Positions 1-9,885 of a DNA stretch of 59,298 bases are shown in pieces. The translations under genes were made by a program, and so were the position numbers. The DNA comes from an uncultured Verrucomicrobiae bacterium (GTDB taxonomy: Bacteria; Verrucomicrobiota; Verrucomicrobiia; Chthoniobacterales; JAFAMB01). The DNA lies in NCBI GenBank assembly GCA_963762565.1, contig CAVXLD010000006.1, forward strand, positions 1-59,298, given 5' to 3'. How positions within the stretch are numbered: the first letter of the stretch is position 1; each line of letters opens with the position of its first letter. The notes below the pieces were generated by a model. That model did not search any database, was not told the DNA's origin, and worked only from the letters and a program-made list of their open reading frames with translations.

Positions 1-41
1 GGGAGCCTCGCCCTACCATCGGGACCACTCGCCCTACCAAG

Positions 42-1187
42 TTATTCACTCCTTTTCCTGAATGCATCCATCAGGGCCAGGATAGCTTGGCGGGTTTCGA
101 GCATCTCGGTGATCCACTCCTCGATAGAGAACGGGAGTTGACGTTTTGATTCTCTGAGCCGGTCAGCGGCGCTGAGAGCGCGTGACAGTTCGCCAACGGC
201 CCGTTTCAATTTAGCGACCACTAGGCCGGACATGTCTAGATCAGGCCCCAGATCGCGGTCGCCGATCGTGAGCGCGCCAGCGACCTTTGGCCCAACGACC
301 ATATAGGAGCCGAGCATTTCGTCTATGTCTTCGTCGCGCTGGTCATCGGTCAATCGGGATAACTCAACCGACCGGTCGATAATGCGCCTCACCAAAGGAT
401 GTTGGACCGGTTTCTCTGCGCGAGCGACCTCTTCCTCGTCAGGTCCTTCGAACTCAAGGTCGTCATCTTCTTCCTCCTCGGTCGAGGATTCAGCTTGTGC
501 ATCCAGCATTTCCTCGATTTCCTTCCAACCCATGGCGCGAGCCACCAAACGGTCCCGATCCGGATGGTCCTTATACTTTTCCAATAACTCGCCCAGTTTG
601 GTTGAACGCCGATCGGAAGCGCGAAGGAAAAGTTCCCATTCGAATTCATCCTTCGGATCGCCGTTATAGGCTGTTTCCTCGCGAGGGTCGAACGACTCCG
701 AAATCCGATCCATAAATGATTGCATCGCTTCGGTGTTGGCTTCGAGTTGTCGAGCTTCGTCTTCAGGACTCGGTCGCCAGGCCGGTTCGCCAATCCCGAT
801 CTCGTAGTCAGTCGACTCGATAACGACCCGTCCGTTGGCGTCGCTGAACCATTCCAGATAGAGCGCATTAGCGGTGTGTTCGGAGAACGGCTCATCAGCG
901 GTGGCCGCCTCGGGATCGAAGTTGTCAATTACCCGTACTTTCCTCGCCGCCGTCATATCTCCAACTACGCCGATTTGGTCCGCCTTTAGGGTAAGGTTTG
1001 GATCCAGCTTCGGCTCAGGATTAGAGAAGGTGAGCTTGCAGCCGGCAAGGTCCTTATGGCCGTTCCCGGACAATCTTAGGGTCAACGGAGCAACACGTCC
1101 GGCTACCCAGATTTTACCTTGGACTAACCCAGGTGTGCGGTTATCGATTTCGCCCCGAACAACATTCTCTGCGATACGCCAAGCCAT
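42..1187 (-). CDS. Hypothetical acidic protein (381 aa): beta-rich N-terminal domain, helical C-terminal domain
   Basis: Long ATG-initiated ORF with natural protein composition; overlapping ORFs are low-complexity shadows; no family recognised. Confidence 0.85.
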   Translation of the reverse strand: MAWRIAENVVRGEIDNRTPGLVQGKIWVAGRVAPLTLRLSGNGHKDLAGCKLTFSNPEPKLDPNLTLKADQIGVVGDMTAARKVRVIDNFDPEAATADEPFSEHTANALYLEWFSDANGRVVIESTDYEIGIGEPAWRPSPEDEARQLEANTEAMQSFMDRISESFDPREETAYNGDPKDEFEWELFLRASDRRSTKLGELLEKYKDHPDRDRLVARAMGWKEIEEMLDAQAESSTEEEEDDDLEFEGPDEEEVARAEKPVQHPLVRRIIDRSVELSRLTDDQRDEDIDEMLGSYMVVGPKVAGALTIGDRDLGPDLDMSGLVVAKLKRAVGELSRALSAADRLRESKRQLPFSIEEWITEMLETRQAILALMDAFRKRSE

Positions 1188-1271
1188 GTGGATGTATTAT
1201 CGAAATCAGGCAATATTGCAACAGAATCTTTTATAGTTACTAAATCTTGGGGAATCGCCTCTGCCTTCAGA

Positions 1272-2552
1272 TTAGTCGCGGTCGTCTTTATCACGGACCG
1301 ATTTCATCCAATGGCGGATCATGCGGCGCAGACTTCGGCGCTCGCGCCACGATAGATAACGAAGTTGGCGGTTAACCCGAATCTCGCGTTTCAGATCTTC
1401 AAACCGGAAGGGTAGGAACTGAAAACCGATTTGGGCGCCCGCGATCAGGGCTAGGATCACCAACGATATCCATTCATTACGGGAAGCTCCGCCCACGATC
1501 AAGACAACCCAGAAATACCGCAAAATTGACAATCTGACATTATCAGCGACCACTTCTAAAATATCGGTGGGCGTGAGCTGAATCGTCTCCGGCGCCCGTT
1601 GCAATCGAACGGCCACAGATCGCGAGCGCTGGGCAGGCGGCATCGGACGAGGCGGGGCCGGTATCGGTGTGTTTCGAGTGAGTTCGGGTAAAGGTTGATT
1701 CCGTAGCCAGGCGTCTATCTCCTTTTTCCGCCACCGGAGCGTGTAATCCGCTGCTAGTAAGCCGGTCAGCAATTGTTTCCAGCGAGGGGAAATCGCTTCT
1801 GGAATTTCGATCTTTCCCCCGGCGACCCGGTAAAGCTGTTGTCTCACGTCTAGGCCGGCGAACGGCGGCCGGCCGGTTAACGCCTCGATCAGAACCATGC
1901 CTAAACTCCAATAATCGCTGGCTTCCGATTGCATCCCGGTAACCGCTTCGGGGGACGAATAAGCAACTGTGCCGATCGTACCGGTTAAGATCGTTTGGTA
2001 TCCGCCGAGACGAGCCGTTCCAAAGTCCGCAAGTGAGATCTGTAGCGGTTCCGTCTGGGTGACGAACACGTTGGACGGCTTGATGTCCCGGTGCAGTACA
2101 TTCTGACTATGTAAATAGTGGATGGCGTCTGCTAGTTGCTCCAGGAGGCGTTTGGCATCGGCTTCGCTGAGCTGGCGGCGCTGCTGGATCAGGTCGGTCA
2201 GGGTCCCGCCGTCAACGTAGGGACATACTTCGAAATATCGGCCCTGGATCTCGCCGGCTTGCAGGATTGGCAATAAACGTGGATGAGACAGGGCGCACTT
2301 TTGACGTTCGTCCATCAGACCTGGAAGCCTTCCGTGGCGGTAGATCTTAACCGCGACCTGTTCTCCGCTGGGCCGTTCTCCTTTCCAAACATCGGACTCG
2401 CCGGATTGATTGCTCAAGAGCCTGGTCAATCGGATATCGCCAACAAAACCGATGTCCAGTGGTAGTTGAACGCTAGAGACTGGGTCTCCGGTTGCCTCGG
2501 GCGTCGTCGTATCCGACTGTTCAGGACCCACGGATTGCTGCTCCTCCGCCAT
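1272..2552 (-). CDS. Hanks-type Ser/Thr protein kinase with Pro-rich linker and C-terminal transmembrane segments
   Basis: VAVK, HRDIKPSN, DFG, GTVAYSSPE and SDYWSLG motifs; hydrophobic YFWVVLIVG and WISLVILALIAG segments. Confidence 0.93.
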   Translation of the reverse strand: MAEEQQSVGPEQSDTTTPEATGDPVSSVQLPLDIGFVGDIRLTRLLSNQSGESDVWKGERPSGEQVAVKIYRHGRLPGLMDERQKCALSHPRLLPILQAGEIQGRYFEVCPYVDGGTLTDLIQQRRQLSEADAKRLLEQLADAIHYLHSQNVLHRDIKPSNVFVTQTEPLQISLADFGTARLGGYQTILTGTIGTVAYSSPEAVTGMQSEASDYWSLGMVLIEALTGRPPFAGLDVRQQLYRVAGGKIEIPEAISPRWKQLLTGLLAADYTLRWRKKEIDAWLRNQPLPELTRNTPIPAPPRPMPPAQRSRSVAVRLQRAPETIQLTPTDILEVVADNVRLSILRYFWVVLIVGGASRNEWISLVILALIAGAQIGFQFLPFRFEDLKREIRVNRQLRYLSWRERRSLRRMIRHWMKSVRDKDDRD

Positions 2553-2583
2553 CGACGAGACCTTCTTCAGTGCGGCACCGGCG

Positions 2584-3075
2584 TCAATGCTTTGTTTCGA
2601 CGAGCGGCGCCAACGTCCGTTTCATGCGCCGGCTAACGGTTCGAAAACCGATTGCCTCGTAAAAGCGAATCGCGCTGTGATTGAACTCGTAAACGTTTAA
2701 GTCCAACTCGTGCATATCTCTGGCTCGAGTCCACAGGATCGCGGCGTCCACCAATTTGCGTCCCACCCCGGTTCGCCGAAACTTAGCGGCCACTGCCAGA
2801 TTTTCTAAGAGGACGAACCGACTCGGATTGAGAAATGGGGGCGCATCTCGAATCACTGTGATCGCGACCCCAGCGGGAACGCGCTGATCCTCGGCTATAA
2901 AGACGCCAGCGTCCGGGTCTTGGAACCGCTCTTCCAGATAGCGAGTGTGTTGCGCTTCCTCTGGGCCTCTGAACAGGGACGGATCTTCGTTATGATGAAG
3001 CGCAACGACCTCATCTAACAATTGGGCTAAGACAACCAGATCCTCGGGGCGGGCCGTCCGCACAGAAACGTTCAT
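2584..3075 (-). CDS. GNAT family N-acetyltransferase
   Basis: LAVAAKFRRTGVGRKL acetyl-CoA motif A; NHSAIRFYEAIGF motif B. Confidence 0.92.
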   Translation of the reverse strand: MNVSVRTARPEDLVVLAQLLDEVVALHHNEDPSLFRGPEEAQHTRYLEERFQDPDAGVFIAEDQRVPAGVAITVIRDAPPFLNPSRFVLLENLAVAAKFRRTGVGRKLVDAAILWTRARDMHELDLNVYEFNHSAIRFYEAIGFRTVSRRMKRTLAPLVETKH

Positions 3076-3088
3076 AGAGTTGACAAAA

Positions 3089-3359
3089 TGGTAGGGCGAG
3101 GCTCCCGAAATAACCAGAAGGAGGTCGCAGCGCGAAATGGTGCTTCATTCGGATGCGGGATGCAATACCTGAAAACTGCCGAGGCGCCCGACGTAGCCTT
3201 TCCACATGCCAGCCGTTCCCAGGTCCGAGTAGGCGTAGTCGGAGCCGTGGGTTGTGCAAGCCGCGGCTCGGCGAGCGATTTGGCGTTGCACATGGAACGG
3301 TCGATCAAAATTGGGCCCCTGTTGACCGGTTTGGGCCGTTCGGGAGCCTCGCCCTACCA
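3089..3359. repeat. GTAG-type paired element (family A); other copies at 1-17, 23108-23201, 44516-44779, 50455-50657
   Basis: TGGTAGGGCGAGGCTCCCGAA ... TTCGGGAGCCTCGCCCTACCA with inner GCCGAG(C/G)CG / CGGCTCGGC. Confidence 0.92.
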
Positions 3360-3470
3360 ACTTCTCTTGTTGCCGAGCAGATTTCTCTGCTAATGTGAAA
3401 TTTCTCGAGAAATGAACCCCCCGGGGCTCGCTTGTTCTAGTTCCCGGAAAACCCAGAACCCACAACGAGT

Positions 3471-4283
3471 ATGAGCGAAGCGCAGACCGAGGCGAGACCA
3501 GAAGTTTCATTGCTTCAACAGGCGGTCAATCTGTTCTTGAAGGACGCCCTGCCGCATTTGACGCTTACCGCTTGTGCGGACGCGACCATTCGGTCAATAC
3601 CAAGGTTCATATCAGGGGGTGCTGTTTCCGGCAGCCTTTGGTATCCGGGCCAGCGGCCAAATACCAGATTCAGATTGGCGCTGGAGGGAGATGCGGTCGT
3701 ACATCGAGAGAGCGCCGAACTCGACCTGCCGCCTGAGGCGCTGAAACCGGCGGAAGGAGCTGAAGACGATGTGCGTATCCTGTTACATCGCTCGCTGAAA
3801 TCTTTAACCACGGACCGGCCGGCGGTTGATAACCTGCAGCAAGCGAAGTATCGGGCGGCCATCGAGATCCGGTTCTGTTATTTTGGGCGATTGATCCTGC
3901 TGCTAATCGTTGGGCTGCCGAGCGCCAAAGGTTTGGTCAACAAAGAGTCCGAGGATTTCCTGAACTTATTTTGCCGGTGCTGCCTGATTACTCTGCAGGG
4001 TGCCTACATAGCGGGCATGGAAGAGAGATCCGGGCGTTCGAGCGGTCTGTTGCTACAAGAGAAATGCAATCTCACTTTTCATTGGTTTCACTCGATTACG
4101 CGGCACCTAAGCCTTGGTATCAACCGCCTGCGGGCGGGGCAATATCCGGAAGCAGCCGACGCGCTCGATCGAACGTCCGTCGTGGCCGCGGTCTGTCTAG
4201 CTGAGATTATTACGCTAGTAAATACGATATCCGGGCCTGGCCCATTGGTGGCGAACTTATCAACGCCGGCGGCGAGCGCGTGA
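3471..4283 (+). CDS. Hypothetical protein, possibly a degenerate GAF + HisKA-like module
   Basis: 270-aa ORF; C-terminal half loosely resembles a GAF end helix followed by an H-box-like segment (inference). Confidence 0.7.
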   Translation: MSEAQTEARPEVSLLQQAVNLFLKDALPHLTLTACADATIRSIPRFISGGAVSGSLWYPGQRPNTRFRLALEGDAVVHRESAELDLPPEALKPAEGAEDDVRILLHRSLKSLTTDRPAVDNLQQAKYRAAIEIRFCYFGRLILLLIVGLPSAKGLVNKESEDFLNLFCRCCLITLQGAYIAGMEERSGRSSGLLLQEKCNLTFHWFHSITRHLSLGINRLRAGQYPEAADALDRTSVVAAVCLAEIITLVNTISGPGPLVANLSTPAASA

Positions 4284-4327
4284 GGGGGGATACGGCGAAT
4301 GGGCGAAGGGCCGATGGGGCGAATGGG

Positions 4328-4550
4328 CGGTAGGGCGAAAATCTCGGCGCGCCGAGGACGGACCACTCAGACTACCGGTACGCGCGCCGGATTTGAGCCG
4401 TGCCGTGGGGGTTGCCACCTCGCCGGCTCGATTGTCCTGAAAACACGATTATGCGCCTCGACGTTGCAGGCGCACGCATGGCTCAAATCCGGCGCGTAAA
4501 CATCGATAGAAATGGTTTGTCAGGGGCGCGCCGAGATTTTCGCCCTACCG
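4328..4550. repeat. Family B element flanked by inverted octamer arrays (4293-4327, 4560-4625)
   Basis: GGTAGGGCGAAAATCTCGGCGCG / CGCGCCGGATTTGAGCC / GGCTCAAATCCGGCGCG / CGCGCCGAGATTTTCGCCCTACC. Confidence 0.95.
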
Positions 4551-4633
4551 ACCCCGCGCCCCATCGCCCCTTCGCCGTGTCGCCCCTTCGCCGTTTCGCC
4601 CATTCGCCGTTTCGCCCATTCGCCCCCTCGCAA

Positions 4634-5032
4634 TCAGGGCGATGGTTTTGCCCAAGTGGCACGCAGCTTGGCCATCCGGCGGGCTCGAAATTCTTCAAGT
4701 TTCTGCTGCTGGTCCGGGTCTAGCAGCGGCGCCAATCCCGCCAGGGTCTGGTCGAAAGCCTGGTTATTTTCCTGTACCGTTTTTATCCGGACGGCGCGGA
4801 GCCTTTCGATGGCTTCATGAATTGGCGCCCTGACCTTCTCCTGTTGTTCCGGCGTCAAATGGAGCTGGTTCGTGAGATTTCGCATCACTGCTTGCTCCCA
4901 GGACACCGTCGGGGGCACTTTCGTGTTGAATTGGTGACGAGAGGTCAGTGTTAGCATTATCGTAGCCCCGCACAGGGCGCCGATGACAAAAAGCAGTGCG
5001 AACGAAAGTGTCAGTTTCCAGCCGAATCCCAT
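4634..5032 (-). CDS. Membrane-anchored Spy/CpxP-like (periplasmic sensor-like) helical protein
   Basis: N-terminal TM helix; LHLTPEQQEKV and LDPDQQQKL repeats of LTxxQ type. Confidence 0.8.
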   Translation of the reverse strand: MGFGWKLTLSFALLFVIGALCGATIMLTLTSRHQFNTKVPPTVSWEQAVMRNLTNQLHLTPEQQEKVRAPIHEAIERLRAVRIKTVQENNQAFDQTLAGLAPLLDPDQQQKLEEFRARRMAKLRATWAKPSP

Positions 5033-5298
5033 AGCGATTGCGCCATTTCGTCGACTGGATCCGGCTCTTCCTGCCCTGCCATCAGGGTTTGGAAGTTCCA
5101 GCCGACAAGTGCGGCAAAAATGACGAGTGCAGCCGAAATCGACAGAATGGAGGTCCGGAACGTGATCCGCGCCCTATGCAAAGCACCTAGATGCAGGGAG
5201 TAGACTCGGCCGGGGAAGTCGCTCGGCATGGAAGCAGGCTCTTCTTTGCCTGCTTCCTTGGCACGTGCGAATAACTGTTCCATCCCGTCGTTCGTCAT
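5011..5298 (-). CDS. Putative single-TM anti-sigma factor
   Basis: Overlaps the ECF sigma stop (ATGA coupling); short cytoplasmic part plus one TM helix. Confidence 0.72.
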   Translation of the reverse strand: MTNDGMEQLFARAKEAGKEEPASMPSDFPGRVYSLHLGALHRARITFRTSILSISAALVIFAALVGWNFQTLMAGQEEPDPVDEMAQSLWDSAGN

Positions 5299-5864
5299 TT
5301 TTCTAATCGCTGGACTGCCGCTGCGAGTTTTTGGCGTGCTCGGAAGGCGGTCACCTTAACTTTTGACGGAGTCCAGCCGGTAAGGTCACAGATTTCTGCG
5401 ATCGATTTTTCTTCTAAATGTAGCCAAGTGACAACGGTCCGCTCATCTGGTTTGAGGCCTTGCATCAAACGTTCCAGCAATTCTTTAGTCTCTTCCGGAG
5501 ACCGCTCGTTAGGCAGAATCGCTGAGTTTTTCAAATTGTCGAGAATGGCCTGTTGTTCTTCGCTGAAATCGGACCAGCGAAACTCGGGACGGACCTTTTG
5601 TTTTCTGAGCTGGTCGATACAAGTATTGACGGCGATGCGGGAGACCCAGTGCTCAAAGGGCATATCCGCCCGAAATTGATGGAGGCGAGAAAAGATTTTC
5701 AGGAAGACGTCTTGGCAAAGGTCTTCTTCCAGCTCTCGCCGGGGAAGATGGTTTCGAACGATGCGGATCACGATAGGATAGGTGAATTCGATCAGCTGCT
5801 TCGCTGCTGATTCATCATTCTTCCTCGCTCGCGCAATTAGGTTGAGAAGAGCGTCATCTGCCAT
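5295..5864 (-). CDS. ECF RNA polymerase sigma factor
   Basis: Region 2 (EEDLCQDVFLKI, FEHWVSRIAVNTCID) and region 4 HTH (SIAEICDLTGWTPSKVKVTAFRAR). Confidence 0.95.
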   Translation of the reverse strand: MADDALLNLIARARKNDESAAKQLIEFTYPIVIRIVRNHLPRRELEEDLCQDVFLKIFSRLHQFRADMPFEHWVSRIAVNTCIDQLRKQKVRPEFRWSDFSEEQQAILDNLKNSAILPNERSPEETKELLERLMQGLKPDERTVVTWLHLEEKSIAEICDLTGWTPSKVKVTAFRARQKLAAAVQRLEK

Positions 5865-6029
5865 TCAACGCGTTGATTCCATGGGCGCTGCGTCCGCCAG
5901 TTGCGCATGGGTCTTTATGAACGCAACCTACTAACATCGCAACCATAAACCCATAAAGCGCTCTCGGGGGCAGCTTGTGGCGACCTCCTGTTTGGACGGT
6001 TCAACCAATAAAATCATCAATCAAAGATT

Positions 6030-6449
6030 ATGTCCTTCCTCAAAGAATTCAGGGACTTTGCGATGAGAGGTTCCGTAATTGACCTCGCCATCGGTGTTAT
6101 TATCGGTGCAGCGTTCGGAAAGATTATTAACGCGCTTGTTAATAGTGTGATAATGCCCCCAATTGGTCTCCTTTTGGGGCGGGTAGATTTCTCCAGCCTG
6201 TTTTTGAATCTGTCGGGTCAACCGGCTGGGTCCTTGAAGGAGGCCACTGATAAGGGGTTGCCGGTTTTAGCTTACGGAGCATTTCTTAACACGGTTATCG
6301 AATTCTTGATCATTGCGTTCGTTTTGTTCCTGGTGATTAAGCAGGTCAACCGGTTCAAGAAACCTCCTGAAGCCCCGAAGACCCCCGAGCCGAGTGCGGA
6401 AGAGAAACTGCTGGGAGAGATTCGGGATATTTTAAAGGCTAGGAGCTAA
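6030..6449 (+). CDS. mscL: Large-conductance mechanosensitive channel
   Basis: [25 protein letters not shown]-terminus; [10 protein letters not shown]-terminus. Confidence 0.98.
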   Translation: MSFLKEFRDFAMRGSVIDLAIGVIIGAAFGKIINALVNSVIMPPIGLLLGRVDFSSLFLNLSGQPAGSLKEATDKGLPVLAYGAFLNTVIEFLIIAFVLFLVIKQVNRFKKPPEAPKTPEPSAEEKLLGEIRDILKARS

Positions 6450-6467
6450 GCTCGGAGAGCGTGGGGC

Positions 6468-6565
6468 CGCTTGGCGCTTGGCGCTTGGCGTTCGGCGTTT
6501 GGCGTTTGGCGTTTGGCGTTCGGCGTTCGGCGTTCGGCGTTCGGCGTTCGGCGTTCTGCGTTTGG
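6468..6565. repeat. Heptamer tandem array CG(C/T)T(T/C)GG x14
   Basis: Read directly: cgcttgg x3, then cgttcgg/cgtttgg variants, 14 units in all. Confidence 0.95.
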
Positions 6566-6696
6566 GGTTTCACGGCATCGAAAATCCCGCACGATGCAAT
6601 GCCGGCTTAGCCAGTTGCAAGCTCCTAGAAGAACCCCAGGAACATAACAATGCGTAACACGCTTACAGCAAGTCAGTTATGCCAGACAAGCCCATT

Positions 6697-6711
6697 TGGC
6701 ATGCTTTTAGC
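6697..6711 (+). promoter_or_regulatory. Candidate sigma54 -24/-12 promoter
   Basis: TGGCATGCTTTTAGC, a GG-N10-GC match to the TGGCAC-N5-TTGC consensus. Confidence 0.4.
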
Positions 6712-6969
6712 CTTCGCTATGCCCACACCTTTGTCGCCCGATGCTCTCCTGGACGTTGATTTGTCTCATCTTAGCGGTCGTAGCCTGGGTCACGCTTTCC
6801 GGACCGGAACGCCCCAGATGGCTGCTCCGCAGTTTCTTTCTGCTATTAGTGGTCATCCTGTTGATAACAGAGCTGCTAGCTTAGGCGTGTCGGCGTACGG
6901 GCGAAATTGTACGAGCTAAGGCAGAAAATATGAAATAAATTGGGGGTAGCGCAGACTCTTTCTTCAGAG

Positions 6970-9084
6970 ATGAATGTGCCGTTTGTGGTTGGAAAACTTG
7001 TGTCACGATCTTCCTCATTGAGCCTGGCGATCGCTTTGTTGATGGCCGGTATGGTCGTTCCGGGACGGGCGCAAATCGTCGATGGCCGCCAAATAGTGAA
7101 GGCCCAGTTAGTGGCCGATACTCAGCACATTGAACCTGGCCAGAAATTCCGGCTCGGTGTGTTGTACACGATCGTACCCAACTGGCATATCTACTGGAAG
7201 TATGCTGGCGACGCCGGGATTCCAACCCAGATCGACTGGCAATTACCACCGGGATTTCAGGCAGGCGCATTGCAGTGGCCGCTCCCTAGTCGAGAGAAGG
7301 AACCCGGTGGGCTTGAAGTGTTCGACTATAACAATGAGGTGCTTCTCTTTACCGAAGTGCAAGCCCCTCAGCAGTTGCCCGCCGGGCCGATCGAGTTAGG
7401 GGCGAAATCCAACTGGCTGGTTTGTGAGCGGGAGTGTGTTCCGGGTGACGCTCAGCTCTCGCTAAAGGTGAATGACGGGGGACAAGGACCTGCCAATCAG
7501 GACATTTTTACCAAATATGAGGCTTCCGTTCCGAAAACCGGATCTGCACCTAGCGGATACTCGGTTTCGCTGAAACCTTCTGGCAACCAAATGGTCGTTG
7601 CGTTTTCTGGAGTGCCACAAGGTAGCCGGCTGGATTTCTTTCCGCAGCCGCCAGAAAATGTTGTGCTCAACCACGGGAAACAGGTTGGGAACAGTGTCGT
7701 GCTGTCGGTCGACGGCGGAACTGCTCTGGACCGTTTACAAGGGGTTGCGGTGGTCCAGTCTAACGGGAAGACCGATGCTTTTGAGGTGGATCTGCAGGCC
7801 GGAGGGCAGGCGACGGCAACAGGCAGCAGTGTGAGCGCCGACCTCGTTGGCGTCCTACAGGCGGTGCTTTTCGCTCTGATTGGAGGTCTCATCCTGAACG
7901 TGATGCCGTGCGTTCTGCCGGTTATCTCGCTCAAGATCTTCGGCTTTGTAAGTGAGGCAGGTGAACGTCCGGATAGAGCGTTTAAACTGGCCTTGGTTTT
8001 CTCGGCCGGTATTCTTGCCTGTTTTGCGGTTCTGGCTGTTATCGTGACGTTCTTTCGAGCGATTGGCGCCCAGGTTGGCTGGGGGTTCCAGTTTCAAGAT
8101 TATCGCTTCGTACTCGCCATTGCCTGTCTGGTATTTGCTTTCGCCCTCAACCTGTTTGGCGTCTTTGAACTTACCGTATCGGCTCGAGCAACGGGTGGAC
8201 TGGCGAAGCTGGCGGCGGGTGCCGGATATGGCGGAGCCTTTTTCCAAGGAGCGTTTGCTACCATTTTGGCGACGCCGTGTACCGCACCGTTTCTGGGAAC
8301 TGCGTCAGCGTTTGCTTTTACGCAGCCGGCTTGGGCAACGTTCTTGATCTTTTTCTCGATTGGAATCGGTATGGCGTTGCCCTACCTGTTGCTGGCAATA
8401 CAACCGAAGTGGCTCCGTTATTTGCCGAAGCCGGGTCAATGGATGGTCCGACTTAAGCAGGTGCTCGGCTTCTTGCTTTTGGCCACCCTGCTTTGGCTCT
8501 TCTGGATCGTTGGCCGGCTACGCGGTGTGGATGGAATGGTCGAATTGGCAGGGTTACTCTTACTTATCGGTATTCTAGGGTGGATCAAAGGATCATTTTG
8601 GACGCCGGTTTCATCGGGGCGTTCGCGGGTTCTGGCGGCTTTGGGCATGGTCGCCGTGCTAGTGGTCGCTATCGGAAGCTATTTCTTTGTAACCGCGCCA
8701 AGTGAAATTCCCTGGCAAGCTTTCAGCCAGGAATCGCTAGACAATGCGCTGCAATCTGGCCGGCCGATCTTCGTCGATTTTACTGCCGACTGGTGTATCA
8801 CCTGTAAGGCAAACGAACGATTCGCCCTCGACAGCTCGGCGGTCCGGCAGGCGTTTGCTCAAAACAAAGTCGTGGTGTTGCGAGCGGATTGGACGCACGG
8901 CGATCCGGAGATCACCCAAATTCTCAAGGAACATGGCCGGGCCGGGGTCCCCATGTATCTGTTTTATCCGGGAGGAAAAGATCGGCCGCCGGTGGTTCTG
9001 CCTGAGTTGATCAGCTCTCAGAGCGTCCTGGATGCTATGAAGGCCAGCTCCCAGACTGTAGCGGATGCCAGGAAGGCAAGTTGA
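6970..9084 (+). CDS. dsbD: DsbD-like thiol:disulfide interchange protein (N-terminal DsbC-like domain, TM domain, thioredoxin domain); start uncertain
   Basis: WHIYW and WLVCERECVP; LNVMPCVLPV and ATPCTAPF TM cysteines; DFTADWCITCK. Confidence 0.9.
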   Translation: MNVPFVVGKLVSRSSSLSLAIALLMAGMVVPGRAQIVDGRQIVKAQLVADTQHIEPGQKFRLGVLYTIVPNWHIYWKYAGDAGIPTQIDWQLPPGFQAGALQWPLPSREKEPGGLEVFDYNNEVLLFTEVQAPQQLPAGPIELGAKSNWLVCERECVPGDAQLSLKVNDGGQGPANQDIFTKYEASVPKTGSAPSGYSVSLKPSGNQMVVAFSGVPQGSRLDFFPQPPENVVLNHGKQVGNSVVLSVDGGTALDRLQGVAVVQSNGKTDAFEVDLQAGGQATATGSSVSADLVGVLQAVLFALIGGLILNVMPCVLPVISLKIFGFVSEAGERPDRAFKLALVFSAGILACFAVLAVIVTFFRAIGAQVGWGFQFQDYRFVLAIACLVFAFALNLFGVFELTVSARATGGLAKLAAGAGYGGAFFQGAFATILATPCTAPFLGTASAFAFTQPAWATFLIFFSIGIGMALPYLLLAIQPKWLRYLPKPGQWMVRLKQVLGFLLLATLLWLFWIVGRLRGVDGMVELAGLLLLIGILGWIKGSFWTPVSSGRSRVLAALGMVAVLVVAIGSYFFVTAPSEIPWQAFSQESLDNALQSGRPIFVDFTADWCITCKANERFALDSSAVRQAFAQNKVVVLRADWTHGDPEITQILKEHGRAGVPMYLFYPGGKDRPPVVLPELISSQSVLDAMKASSQTVADARKAS

Positions 9085-9173
9085 GAAAATCCTCCAGATT
9101 TATATGGTAAAAAAGGTTAACAACGCTCACCTGACGTGATCTATAACCCTAGTTTAGACCTGTAACTGTTAAT

Positions 9174-9785
9174 ATGATAATGCGAAATCTCAGTCTTGTT
9201 TTTGGAATTTTGGCGCTTAGCGCTGGAGCTGCTTTTGCGGGAGCCGAGGTTGGGCAATCAGCGCCCGATTTCAGCTTGCCTGATACCAATGGACAAACGC
9301 ATCAGCTTTCCCAATACAAAGGGAAGTGGGTCGTGCTCGAATGGTACCAACCCGATTGTCCTTTCGTGAGGAAGCATTACGGATCAGGCAATATGCAGGC
9401 TCTCCAGAAAGAGTACACTGCGAAAGGAGTGGTCTGGCTGTCGATCGATTCATCAGCGCCCGGTGAGGAGGGGAACTATCCCGCGGACAAACTAAACCAG
9501 ATTGCTTCCAGTCAAGGGGCGGCTCGCACCGCGCTTCTTTTGGACCCGGATGGGAAAGTCGGCCACGAGTACGGGGCCAAGACCACGCCCGATATGTACA
9601 TCATCAACCCTCAAGGCAAGCTGATTTACGAAGGTGCGATCGATAGCAAGCCGACAACCCAGGTGGCCGATCTCAAGGTTGCGACAAATTATGTGAAAGT
9701 CGCGCTGGATAGTTCGATGTCCGGCATGAACGTTTCGCAAACGGTGACGCGGCCATACGGGTGCAGCGTTAAATACGCACAGTAA
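9174..9785 (+). CDS. Exported redoxin (AhpC/TSA, thioredoxin-like) protein
   Basis: Signal peptide; APDFSL; PDCPFV; YGAKTTP; PYGCSVKY. Confidence 0.92.
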   Translation: MIMRNLSLVFGILALSAGAAFAGAEVGQSAPDFSLPDTNGQTHQLSQYKGKWVVLEWYQPDCPFVRKHYGSGNMQALQKEYTAKGVVWLSIDSSAPGEEGNYPADKLNQIASSQGAARTALLLDPDGKVGHEYGAKTTPDMYIINPQGKLIYEGAIDSKPTTQVADLKVATNYVKVALDSSMSGMNVSQTVTRPYGCSVKYAQ

Positions 9786-9885
9786 TTGGCGTAACGACGT
9801 TTGTGCGTATTGGCTTGGGCGGGGCGGTGTTTTCGCGCTGAGCGCGAGGACCGCCCCAAAGGTATCCTCGGGTCGCGCTAATCGA

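Noticed and set aside
4400..4723. Apparently duplicated small proteins (also 57752-57982 and 57655-57873)
   Set aside because: They are translations of the family B element; indels between the copies shift the frame, arguing against coding.
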